A stretch of 64,000 nt of DNA from Alphaproteobacteria bacterium (GTDB lineage: Bacteria; Pseudomonadota; Alphaproteobacteria; UBA7887): contig CBDCGL010000011.1 of assembly GCA_965216755.1 (NCBI GenBank), positions 2,528,001-2,592,000 of the forward strand, written 5' to 3'. Both the position numbers and the translations under genes were made by a program. The first letter of the stretch is position 1. Every line of letters starts with the position of its first letter. Below are positions 31,229 to 40,126 of the stretch, one piece after another. Under the pieces are notes generated by a model, which was not told the DNA's origin, did no database searches, and worked only from the letters and a program-made list of their open reading frames with translations.

Positions 31229-31966
31229 CTAAGTCGCGGGACCGATCCTCAGTAGATCGAGGGTAGGATAGCGGTCGACCAACCGCCGTGCCACGTAAGT
31301 GTTCAAACCACGATGCGCCCATTGGGCATTGGCTGCGAGCAGAATGAACCGGTCTTCGACCATGCGATCGATCGCCCTGCGGTCGTCTTCGGCGTGGTAT
31401 TCAACATAGATCAGGTCCAGGCCATCGGGGAGCGGCGCGAGGTCGTTCAATATGGCCATTTCAGCCCCTTCGGTATCGATCTTCACGACCGCAGACTCTG
31501 CCTGACGCAGAAACGATAGCACCTGACCAGCGCGCTCTAGATTCACTGATTCGATGGTGTCACCGGTCTCGGCGCTCTTAAATAAAGAGTTCTGCATCGT
31601 ATGGCTGGAGCCGCCGTGCAGGCATCCGTGGCCATTGCGATCCGCCAATCCGATGGGATGGCATTCGACATTTTCCAAGCCGGCCACATTGCGCAGCAAG
31701 AGATCGAAATTCGCTGCCGAAGGCTCGTATGCGACGACTCGAGACTTCGGATAGGCCATGGCGAAGAACACGCTGGCGGCGCCAATATTGGCGCCGATGT
31801 CGACGATCACCTCCGGCGAGTAGCCGACCAGACGCAGTGGCGGGTATTCGCGGCCCTGAAATATTGCCGCCAAATGATCGGTGATGTTGCCGCCGGGCGG
31901 ATAGACGAATGGCCGCCCGACACCATTTTGTTTCAGCCGCAGGCTGGCAAGGCGCCGCGCGCCCAT
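31229..31966 (-). CDS. FkbM family methyltransferase
   Basis: IVDIGANIG, VAYEP, VKIDTEGAE and IYVEYH. Confidence 0.88.
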   Translation of the reverse strand: MGARRLASLRLKQNGVGRPFVYPPGGNITDHLAAIFQGREYPPLRLVGYSPEVIVDIGANIGAASVFFAMAYPKSRVVAYEPSAANFDLLLRNVAGLENVECHPIGLADRNGHGCLHGGSSHTMQNSLFKSAETGDTIESVNLERAGQVLSFLRQAESAVVKIDTEGAEMAILNDLAPLPDGLDLIYVEYHAEDDRRAIDRMVEDRFILLAANAQWAHRGLNTYVARRLVDRYPTLDLLRIGPAT

Positions 31967-32119
31967 GACACCTAATTCCTTGTCGTTTGAATGGCGTGGA
32001 TCGATCCGATCCGCCCCCAATACCGCATTACAGATGTATGGCGATCTGGTGATCCGGCCACCCGAAACATCTCAACATATTGCTAATACATAATAATTTG
32101 TGTTTTCCGCTGAATTTGC

Positions 32120-33259
32120 TCAGGCCGATGCGGCGCCTCTCTCTCGTTGGTTCGACCAGGCGATCCGACCGGCGAGCTCGCGGCTCAGATTGAGCAAGAC
32201 CTTGGCCGCAATCTCTGGTTCGGCTCGTATGAAGCGCTCCAAGAAATCGCCCGACAGCACCAGCGCCTCGCCTTCGGTTTGCGCGATGACGTTGGCGGTT
32301 CTTGGCACCGCGGTTAAAAACGCGATTTCGCCGAAAGTATCGCCAGCGCCGTAGACCGCCAATGGTGGCCCGTCATCATCGCCCAGTCTCACCTCAGCAA
32401 GGCCCTTCAGCAAAACATACACCGTATTGTCACGTTCGCCTTGCCGGATTAGCCGATCGCCGGGTCGCACATTCATGATCGTCGCCTTATCCAGGAAACG
32501 CGCCGCTTCGTCCTGGGTCAGACCACGCAGTAGGGCAACGGCATGCAGCGGATCATGAGCAACCCGTTCGGCGAGCAAATCAAAAAACACGTCCTCGCCA
32601 ATCAGACCAGCGCTCTGCAACTTGACATAGTCTGGATAGGTGCGCTCGAACCAAGCCCGCGCGGGTGGGTCGATCCGGTGTTCGGGCAAGACCGTGGCCA
32701 AGGGCGAACGGACAGTCTTGAAATAGCCAAGGTCGCCAATCAGCATCAAAATCGGCACTTTGTAGCCAAATGCCGTGTCGTTATAGCCGCGCGTGTAACG
32801 GCGGTAGCCGAGCTGCTCATAGAAGGGCAGCAAGTGTGGGCTGCAGTCGCCGAAATTAGTTCGAATGCCGCGCGCGAGAGCGGTCAGAAACGCTTCGCGC
32901 ACCAGCTGAAAGATCGCCATTGAATTGCGCTTATGCGGCGCAATGATAAATCGACTAGAGGTCACGACGGCGCTGGCTCCGAATTCGGCCATGGCCGGAC
33001 CCATTTCAAACGCATTGATCAGCGGCGCCGGATCGCGGACGTGATCCATCAGGATCAGACGCAGCGAGCCAACCACGTCGTCGCCCTCGAAAACCGCAAA
33101 CGACAACGACTGGTCGTCATATTGGTCGCGAAGCCAACGGTTTTCGTGGTCGGCCTGCGCCGTCAAGCCCAGCTCTTCCACATAGACCTGATAGCGAAAC
33201 CGATAAATAGCCTCGCGTTCGGCCTCGGACTCGACAACACGAACGACGGTCTTCGCCAT
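32120..33259 (-). CDS. N-acyltransferase (LuxI/FeeM-like GNAT fold) fused to a C-terminal cyclic nucleotide-binding domain
   Basis: AIYRFRYQVYVEELG, DQYD, VGSLRL, SSRF and FYEQLGY; cNMP phosphate-binding cassette GDTFGEIAFLTAVPRTANV. Confidence 0.8.
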   Translation of the reverse strand: MAKTVVRVVESEAEREAIYRFRYQVYVEELGLTAQADHENRWLRDQYDDQSLSFAVFEGDDVVGSLRLILMDHVRDPAPLINAFEMGPAMAEFGASAVVTSSRFIIAPHKRNSMAIFQLVREAFLTALARGIRTNFGDCSPHLLPFYEQLGYRRYTRGYNDTAFGYKVPILMLIGDLGYFKTVRSPLATVLPEHRIDPPARAWFERTYPDYVKLQSAGLIGEDVFFDLLAERVAHDPLHAVALLRGLTQDEAARFLDKATIMNVRPGDRLIRQGERDNTVYVLLKGLAEVRLGDDDGPPLAVYGAGDTFGEIAFLTAVPRTANVIAQTEGEALVLSGDFLERFIRAEPEIAAKVLLNLSRELAGRIAWSNQRERGAASA

Positions 33260-33900
33260 TACGGCCTCTGGGTCGCTTCACGCAGCATGCGCGGGTAGAT
33301 ATCCGCCATCACATCCGCAACATGATGCACGTCGGCCAAGTCCTGGCCCACAATGTGCGCCTCGATCTGCTCAATAATGTCCTTGGTGTGGTCTTGATCG
33401 GCTTCACCATGACCAGCCAAAAAACGAACCCCATCGGGCAACGCCAGTCCTTTGCCGACTTGTTCGGCGATCAAATGACCCAAGTCCTCACCCATCGCTT
33501 CCAGTACGAACAACCAACCAAACAGTCCGACCGGATTGGCATAGGTCGCGGTGTAATACTCGTATCCGATCATGGCCGCGCAGGCCGGCACGGGCCGGGT
33601 CGCGGCGACATCGTCACGTGAGACACCCAGCGCCGCCAAGTCACCGAGAGCCCACTCATCGTGCCCAAGTTCCTCGCGGGCATGGTGAAGCAGGTAATCC
33701 GCGACCGGTGGATTGCGCCCGACCGCGCGCGCGCCGGCGATGCCGATCACGATGGCGCTGTGCTGGGCGTAGTGCCAGACATTGGTCAGATAGCGCACAT
33801 AGACATCGCGGTCCGCCTTGCCTGCAATCAGGTCTTGGACAGCGCCGATTTGTACAATGTCGTCGCGCACCGCTCGGCGAAGTTGCGCCAAATACTCCAT
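33259..33900 (-). CDS. Heme-oxygenase-like diiron oxidase (HDO; CADD/PqqC/TenA superfamily)
   Basis: Ligand pattern HAREELGH ... VLEAMG ... HGEADQDH (H-x3-D-x2-H); stop overlaps the start of the next gene. Confidence 0.78.
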   Translation of the reverse strand: MEYLAQLRRAVRDDIVQIGAVQDLIAGKADRDVYVRYLTNVWHYAQHSAIVIGIAGARAVGRNPPVADYLLHHAREELGHDEWALGDLAALGVSRDDVAATRPVPACAAMIGYEYYTATYANPVGLFGWLFVLEAMGEDLGHLIAEQVGKGLALPDGVRFLAGHGEADQDHTKDIIEQIEAHIVGQDLADVHHVADVMADIYPRMLREATQRP

Positions 33901-34031
33901 AAGACAAGCTCTTATCTCTGTGGCGCTGTTTGCCCAAGACATGCGCCCAAACACCAATTTTGGCGGAAATCTTAGCCGCCCGCACCGACATTGAGCAAAT
34001 GCCAGCTTGACCGCGCACGCAAGCGCGGCCG

Positions 34032-36074
34032 CTAGGCGCCAGTCGCGAGATTGTAGCTCCCATCCCAGTCCGAGGGCGGCGGATTTGCTGCGCGTTCCGC
34101 GGCACGCCGTGTCATGACCTGAGAGGGCCCGTCAATTTCTGCCAAAGCGCGCCACGCGCTTGCGGCACGCGCGAAATCGCCGGTCCGATAGATGTTGAGC
34201 GCGTTTTCATAGGCCGCCACGGTATGCCGCTGGGCGGCGGTCGCAGTCTCGTTATCGGCGATAATCTCAAATATCGTCAAGGGCGCGTCGATTCCCTTTA
34301 CCCGTACATGATCCAATTCACGCAACAAGAAATGATCGCGTATGGCGTCGGCCGTCGGCGCCCCGGCAACGACATTGCATCGATACAAGCCGGGCAGCGC
34401 TTCCAGCCGCGCCGCGACATTGACCATGGCGCCGATGGCCGTGTAGTTGAATCGCTTCTCATAACCGACATTGCCAACAATGGCATCGCCAGAGTGGATC
34501 GCGACTTTGATGCTGAAAGCATGTTCGCCGGCACGCTTGTCGCGTTCCTGCGTCACGGCCACTTGTTCGGTGATGCGCAGGGCCGCCGCCGCCGCGTCCA
34601 TGGCATGGTCGGCGTTCGGCAGCGGCGCGCCCCAAATCGCCATGACTGCGTCGCCGATGAACTTGTCGACATAGCCGTTCGCGCGATCGACTTCGCGGGC
34701 GACGATGCCGATATAGCGGTTGGTCAGTGCGACCAATTGGCTCGCCGGTATCCGCCGCGACAGTGCGGTGAATCCCGACAGATCGGCAAACATCACGGTC
34801 AAATCATGGTTCGCGCCCCCGAGCGTCAATGGCGTACCGCTATCGGCCAAGCGCGCGACCAAGACCGGCGAAAGATAGCGCCCGAAAGCCTGTTGCACGC
34901 GCCGGCGACGCCGATCTTCGAGCAAATAGCGGATCAAATAGGCGAGCGCCAGAGCGGCGGCAACCGCTATCATCGGGACCCCGGCCGGGAACCATATCTG
35001 CCAATCCAAAAGGACGATTTCACCCAGCCACAATCCGGCCAACGCCACCAGTCCGGCGGCGACCGCAAGCCACGGTACAAGCGTAAGACCAATGGTCGCA
35101 CCAATTGCCCCGGCCGCCGCGCCAATAGCGGCCCGCCATAGCGGCGCGATCAGTTCTGTGACGCGGCCGCGCAACACGGTATCGACGGCAACGGCATGCA
35201 AAAAAACGCCGGGCACGGCCGTACTGGCAAATCCCGGTCGCCAAGCACGCTGAGTGTCCCCATTGGATCGCGGCAAGAAACGGGCTGACGTGATCTTCTG
35301 GTCTTCCTCGGGCAGAGCACCACCGACAAAGACCACCTTGCCGGCAAATGCGTTGCGCAAGGTCTCGGGCGCCGACCGGCCCAACTGAAGAACATCGATC
35401 AGCGGAAAAGTCGGCAGTGATTCCGGGTGAAGATCGGGCGCGAGCAAGACCGGTGTCCGCCAGCGGTCATGTCCCAGGCGCGCCAACACCGCCCCCATGA
35501 GCGAGGCATACCAGTGCTCTTGCACTTCGAATCCTGCCGGTACCCAACGATAGACGCCGTCGTCGTCGGGCCGGACTTCGAGCAAGCCAAGCGCCGCCGG
35601 ATCGTTGCGCAAGGCCGCAATAAAGGGCGCTGCCGGGTTGGTCCGCACCGAACGGCCGAGGACCAAACGGTCCTTGTTCCGCGCCAACGCGGCGACAAAA
35701 TCGCGGTCAGCGTCGCGCTGGAAGGCGTTGCGCGAATAGGCGAGCAACATATCGAAGGCGACAACACGTGCGCCCGCATCGATCAATGTCGTAATCAGTT
35801 GCGCCCAATAGATTCCATAGAACGCACGCGGCCAGCGCGCCATTTCCGGATGTTCCAACGTGGTCGAATCGACAACCACGATCGCGACATCACTCTGCGA
35901 CCGATCTGCGCGTGCGGCACCGGTGGCGCTGTGCACAGCCAACGCGGTATCGAATAGCCAGCCGTCGACGACGGTCAAACCTTCAGATGTCAATGCGGCA
36001 AGGCCGGCAAGGCCCGCACAAAGAACCACGCTCGCGCGTATCACATATTTTCGGATGTTAGCGACCGGCCGCAC
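34032..36074 (-). CDS. CHASE2-domain membrane adenylate cyclase (class III)
   Basis: CHASE2 motifs RWPRAFY, VVAFDML, GKVVFVG and PGVFLHA; three TM helices; cyclase motifs VMFADLSGFT, DKFIGDAVM and YTAIGAMVNVAARLE. Confidence 0.92.
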   Translation of the reverse strand: MRPVANIRKYVIRASVVLCAGLAGLAALTSEGLTVVDGWLFDTALAVHSATGAARADRSQSDVAIVVVDSTTLEHPEMARWPRAFYGIYWAQLITTLIDAGARVVAFDMLLAYSRNAFQRDADRDFVAALARNKDRLVLGRSVRTNPAAPFIAALRNDPAALGLLEVRPDDDGVYRWVPAGFEVQEHWYASLMGAVLARLGHDRWRTPVLLAPDLHPESLPTFPLIDVLQLGRSAPETLRNAFAGKVVFVGGALPEEDQKITSARFLPRSNGDTQRAWRPGFASTAVPGVFLHAVAVDTVLRGRVTELIAPLWRAAIGAAAGAIGATIGLTLVPWLAVAAGLVALAGLWLGEIVLLDWQIWFPAGVPMIAVAAALALAYLIRYLLEDRRRRRVQQAFGRYLSPVLVARLADSGTPLTLGGANHDLTVMFADLSGFTALSRRIPASQLVALTNRYIGIVAREVDRANGYVDKFIGDAVMAIWGAPLPNADHAMDAAAAALRITEQVAVTQERDKRAGEHAFSIKVAIHSGDAIVGNVGYEKRFNYTAIGAMVNVAARLEALPGLYRCNVVAGAPTADAIRDHFLLRELDHVRVKGIDAPLTIFEIIADNETATAAQRHTVAAYENALNIYRTGDFARAASAWRALAEIDGPSQVMTRRAAERAANPPPSDWDGSYNLATGA

Positions 36075-36117
36075 GTCCCATCGCCGCTGCTAAGCTCTCT
36101 TCACCACGCTTTGTGGA

Positions 36118-36774
36118 TCAATCAATCCGGATCAATGTCATGGCCTTGCCCCGCGCCCGGGTCAAGACATCCAAATCGACCCGTCCCACACTTTCGCCGG
36201 ACATGGCCAAGAGTTCCAAAGTCAACGTGGCGTCGTCGCCGAGCTCTTCAATATCTTGCGGCCATGTGAACCGGCGGTCTTCGACCGCGCCTTCATAGAT
36301 AACGCGATCATCACGCAGCACGCGTGCCTGCGCCACGGCGCCGCCCTTGGATCCGGCCATGACCAACGTCGAAGCGCTGCCAAGGCGGACCTTCACAGCA
36401 TTGCCCAAATCGCGGACCAACACCCCGCCGATCCCCGTGCCTTCGGACAACGCGATGGTTTGCGGACAATCTGCGCGTCGAACATCGACAATTTGACCCT
36501 GCTGCACGGTGTAACTCTGCGCGCTGAAATGGAGGCGCCCGCCCGTGACCACGACTTCCTTGCAAGTTGGATAATGGAGAAACTCGACCGTACCCGCATC
36601 CGCCAGCTCAACGGCATCGCCTGGCCACAGTTCCGAGAACGGTTCGACCTCGGCGCCACTGGTCGCGTCCAATGCCAAGGCGACGGCCGAGTCGGCGTGG
36701 GCGCGCAATGTCGGCGCCACGACAACACAGAGGCTGGCCAATAACAACAAGCGCGTCATGCGGTAGCACGTCAT
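36118..36774 (-). CDS. Hypothetical exported protein, co-oriented directly upstream of the cyclase
   Basis: Signal peptide ending AHA-D; two Cys in the mature region; beta-rich; start may be 36759. Confidence 0.7.
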   Translation of the reverse strand: MTCYRMTRLLLLASLCVVVAPTLRAHADSAVALALDATSGAEVEPFSELWPGDAVELADAGTVEFLHYPTCKEVVVTGGRLHFSAQSYTVQQGQIVDVRRADCPQTIALSEGTGIGGVLVRDLGNAVKVRLGSASTLVMAGSKGGAVAQARVLRDDRVIYEGAVEDRRFTWPQDIEELGDDATLTLELLAMSGESVGRVDLDVLTRARGKAMTLIRID

Positions 36775-36905
36775 TTCAAATCTCTCGTTGCGCGATGATG
36801 GCGCAATTCACGTGGTTTCTATGGTTTCTATGGGGCGATTGTAGCTCGCCTCATCAGTTATGTCTTGGCGTGGCAGGTGCATCCACAACCGCCCGCGCCA
36901 CGCGT

Positions 36906-37091
36906 TCAGGCGTACAACTCGTCAATCTCCACGGCCGCGCCGCAATGGCGCCGGCGGTGTACCTCTTTAAGGACATCGCTGAGCATGTCCGACACGGCGT
37001 GAAGTTGGTCTTCATCACCTGTATCCAACGCCCAATCCATCAGCGTGGCCTGCGCGTCGTCAAGCATATCAAGCGCATAAGTTTGCATCAT
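36906..37091 (-). CDS. Small acidic hypothetical protein
   Basis: AGGGG RBS before ATGATG; helical, Asp-rich composition. Confidence 0.45.
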   Translation of the reverse strand: MMQTYALDMLDDAQATLMDWALDTGDEDQLHAVSDMLSDVLKEVHRRRHCGAAVEIDELYA

Positions 37092-37300
37092 TCGTCCCCT
37101 GGTGTTGGATGTTTCAATCTCGTGCATCAATGTTGATGCTCACCCATAGACACGATGGACGCGCCGACCAGGGGTTACGAATTGCGACAAACCGCGCGCC
37201 GTAGGCGCGAAAACGCCATCGGCGGCGTCGATAGACGCCGCCGTGACGTTGATGGGCCGGGGGAGGTTTTGGTAGCGGTCGTGTGCCGCTCGATCGGCGC

Positions 37301-37630
37301 CTACTTGGTCAGGACGTAAGACCCACCGCACGTCTTGCCGACCGTGCGATACATACGCCGGCGCAGATCCATCTCATCCGGCGGGCTCGCAGCGCCAGCA
37401 GCGGCCACAACGGGAACAGCGACGGCACCAGTCGCCACGCAACCGGCGCCTTTGAAAACTGCGTGAACAGGCGTGCCAACCACGTCGATCACGTTTCGGG
37501 CGGTCGCCGTCGCGGAAGAACCGGAATGCGGTCGGGCCGTCGGCACGCCGGCACGGGGGGAAACACTATCGTCATGGGCGCAAGCGGCGGTGGCCAGAAC
37601 AAGCGCCAGAAGCATGAGTTGTTTGCGCAT
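37301..37630 (-). CDS. Hypothetical small lipoprotein
   Basis: MRK-hydrophobic stretch-LATAAC lipobox; two further Cys. Confidence 0.65.
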   Translation of the reverse strand: MRKQLMLLALVLATAACAHDDSVSPRAGVPTARPHSGSSATATARNVIDVVGTPVHAVFKGAGCVATGAVAVPVVAAAGAASPPDEMDLRRRMYRTVGKTCGGSYVLTK

Positions 37631-37905
37631 GGGATGGGAACTCCGGTTTTCTTGATGGTTAACTCAGTCAGTCAAACGTTCGATGATGTACACGGGGCGG
37701 ATCGCGGTGTGGGGTTACGTTGACAGCAAATTCTCGCGATTCTTTTCGGATCCGGACTTAAACGAAATGGCTCCCGATGTTGCGCCCGATCACCCCGGCG
37801 CTGCCTTCGGCCGACACGAGCAATGTCGGACATTGCCACGACGGTCGGCCGAAGGTCGCTTCCCCGGGGACACGGGTCGGGCGATGCGACGAAGAAACGC
37901 GGAGA

Positions 37906-38283
37906 TTAGATCTCGCTTGCGGCCAAGGATTTGGCGACCCGCCGCTTCATGGTCTCGTAATGCTTGACCGGAAACTCAAAAATGCGCTGAAAGGCACAAC
38001 CGTTGGCATCAAACGGCACCATGATGGCTTGGCGGCGCCGTGGATCCGCGAACGTCACGATGCGCTCGACACCGTCCATTTTCGGATCTAGATACTGCAA
38101 AATGCCTTGCGTGATATCACCATTGAGAGGATCCGCCGGACGGACATGACGCCCAAACCAAAGTTTGAGGTTTTCCTGGACGACGAACGCATCGGCACAT
38201 CCGGTTTCACTTGCCGCCTCATCCGATAGCACAGCAACAGCACAGACAACGGCGGTCAATAATGTCAACAAACGTTTGGGCAT
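37906..38283 (-). CDS. Hypothetical exported protein
   Basis: CAGGAGG RBS; MPKR followed by a hydrophobic signal sequence. Confidence 0.6.
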   Translation of the reverse strand: MPKRLLTLLTAVVCAVAVLSDEAASETGCADAFVVQENLKLWFGRHVRPADPLNGDITQGILQYLDPKMDGVERIVTFADPRRRQAIMVPFDANGCAFQRIFEFPVKHYETMKRRVAKSLAASEI

Positions 38284-38417
38284 TGTAACCTCCTGCATGT
38301 CCCGGGGATTTGCGGCTTTGCGTGGGGTCGTCGTTGGCACCGCTTCTGCCTATAGACACGTAGAAAGCACAGGATAAGGGTTGCCAAAAATGTGCTGCGG
38401 GATGCGGATAAAAAGAT

Positions 38418-38442
38418 CCGGTGTGTGGAAACCACACACCGG
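38418..38442 (-). terminator. Probable rho-independent terminator of 38495-38683
   Basis: Perfect 11-bp stem CCGGTGTGTGG / CCACACACCGG followed by ATCTTTTT on the minus strand. Confidence 0.55.
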
Positions 38443-38494
38443 CTGAGTTCGACCATCAGGGAGGTATCGAGGAGGAAAAGCGTTGGAACGGGCG

Positions 38495-38683
38495 CTAGGC
38501 GGAAGCCGTTCGAAAAATGAAAGAATTTGTCATTTTGGCCATATCGGCGTGCTTGTTTTCGCCGGTCAGGTCCGAGATCGCCCGCCGCAAACCCGCGGCA
38601 TCATCGGCATAACCCGGTGCGTTGGTGAAAATCGCGAGGCCGATAAGGGCAACAATCGTGCGGATTTTCGAATTACGTGTCAT
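38495..38683 (-). CDS. Small secreted peptide (62 aa)
   Basis: Basic N-terminus, hydrophobic core, GYA-D cleavage-like site, downstream terminator. Confidence 0.5.
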   Translation of the reverse strand: MTRNSKIRTIVALIGLAIFTNAPGYADDAAGLRRAISDLTGENKHADMAKMTNSFIFRTASA

Positions 38684-38758
38684 GGTCGTGGCTCGCTGGC
38701 CTTATTGTTTTGCATCTTGGTTTTTTCTTGACCGTCGCCGCGGCACCTGGAGTTTTGG

Positions 38759-40126
38759 TTGCGTGCATGCGACGTTCGCCTGTTAACACGCCGGACGGTG
38801 CGCAATGGGGTGACCAGGACACGAAAAAATCTTGAACGGCGCCGCCATGGCGGCGCGGGCAATGGCGCGCGCGGCGCACCACGCCCGCTGGCCGGTGTGA
38901 TCTTGTTATGTTGCGTCTGTGTTATGGCGCTTGGACCTGCGGCGCTGGCGCAGCGTTCTCAGCAAGATCCAAACGCGTTCGCCGATGCCGAGGCGTTGGA
39001 AGGCGCCGCCCGTGACGGCGATCCACAGGCGCTGTTTACATTGGCCGATCAGTATGAGCAGGGCTTGGGCCGTGACTTTGATCTGACGGCGGCGGCACAC
39101 TACATGGAACTCGCGGCCGAACGTGGCCACCGTGCGGCACAGTATCGCATGGCGCTGATGCTGGCGCGGGGCGTTGGCGTGACCGCCGATACGCTCGAGG
39201 CGTATCGCTGGTGCCATTTGGTCGTCGGCGATGAGACCGATGGCGACGCGGCCCGAGACGATCGTGAGCCAGATACGATCGCCCTATTGGCGCGATCACT
39301 TTGCGCAACGTTGGCGGACACACTCTCCGTGGAGGATGTTCGCGCTGCCGAAGACCAAGCATCATCATTTGTCGCGGTCACTGGCCCCGTGCCGTCTGCG
39401 CAAGCGACGGCACAGGCGGCCGCCGACGACGATGTGGACGGCGATCCGGTGGCGCAGATTCTGGCACGGTTGCCGGCCGGGCAGTGCGGCGCCTACCAGA
39501 TCACCCAGGACGGCGACAACCGGTTTCAGCTTGCTGCGTATGCACCCAGCGCCGCGGCCAGAGACGCACTGGCGTCGGCATTTCGCGCCGAGACCGAAGC
39601 CAATGACGAGGCGATCAAAATCACGGTGCTGGCGCCCGTACTATGTGCCGTGATCGCGCTGATCGACCGACATCGGGCCACGGCACCCGTTTCCATTGGC
39701 ACCCTGTACAATGGGCGCGGGGAGGAAACCGACCTTTTCCAAGACGGCGACAGCGTCATTTTGGACATCTCACCGCGCGAGACGCCACACTATGTCGCCA
39801 TCGACTATTTGGTCGCCGATGGTGTCGCCGCGCGCCTGTATCCGCTTACATCCGAGAGTGAACACCTCCTGTCTGCCGGCGAACGACTGCGGCTGGGAGC
39901 CGAGGGGTCGCCATCAGGGGTGTGGGAGGTGGGGCCGCCATTTGGCTCTGACCTGTTGGTCATATTGGCGTCGCCCGACGCGCTGCAGCTTCGGATTCCG
40001 GCGCAAGACAGTGTCGCCGACTACACATCCACCCTTGAAAACGCGCTACGCGACAGCGGACCGAATGGGTCGTTGCTGATAGGCTATCGCGTGGTCACGA
40101 TCGAACCCGCTGGATCGACGCGATGA
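38759..40126 (+). CDS. Exported Sel1-repeat protein with a C-terminal DUF4384-like domain
   Basis: Sel1 motifs GDPQALFTLADQYEQGLG and GHRAAQYRMALMLARGVG; YVAIDYLVADG...LYP...WEVGPPFGSDLLVILAS; true start probably further downstream. Confidence 0.72.
   Translation: MRACDVRLLTRRTVRNGVTRTRKNLERRRHGGAGNGARGAPRPLAGVILLCCVCVMALGPAALAQRSQQDPNAFADAEALEGAARDGDPQALFTLADQYEQGLGRDFDLTAAAHYMELAAERGHRAAQYRMALMLARGVGVTADTLEAYRWCHLVVGDETDGDAARDDREPDTIALLARSLCATLADTLSVEDVRAAEDQASSFVAVTGPVPSAQATAQAAADDDVDGDPVAQILARLPAGQCGAYQITQDGDNRFQLAAYAPSAAARDALASAFRAETEANDEAIKITVLAPVLCAVIALIDRHRATAPVSIGTLYNGRGEETDLFQDGDSVILDISPRETPHYVAIDYLVADGVAARLYPLTSESEHLLSAGERLRLGAEGSPSGVWEVGPPFGSDLLVILASPDALQLRIPAQDSVADYTSTLENALRDSGPNGSLLIGYRVVTIEPAGSTR

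Noticed and set aside
32120-33259. Canonical LuxI quorum-sensing synthase
   Set aside because: Only fold-level motif similarity; it carries an extra cNMP domain and no luxR is nearby
38483-38731. 82-aa plus-strand ORF after GAGGAGG
   Set aside because: It lies antisense to a more protein-like signal-peptide ORF that has its own terminator; not excluded but unsupported
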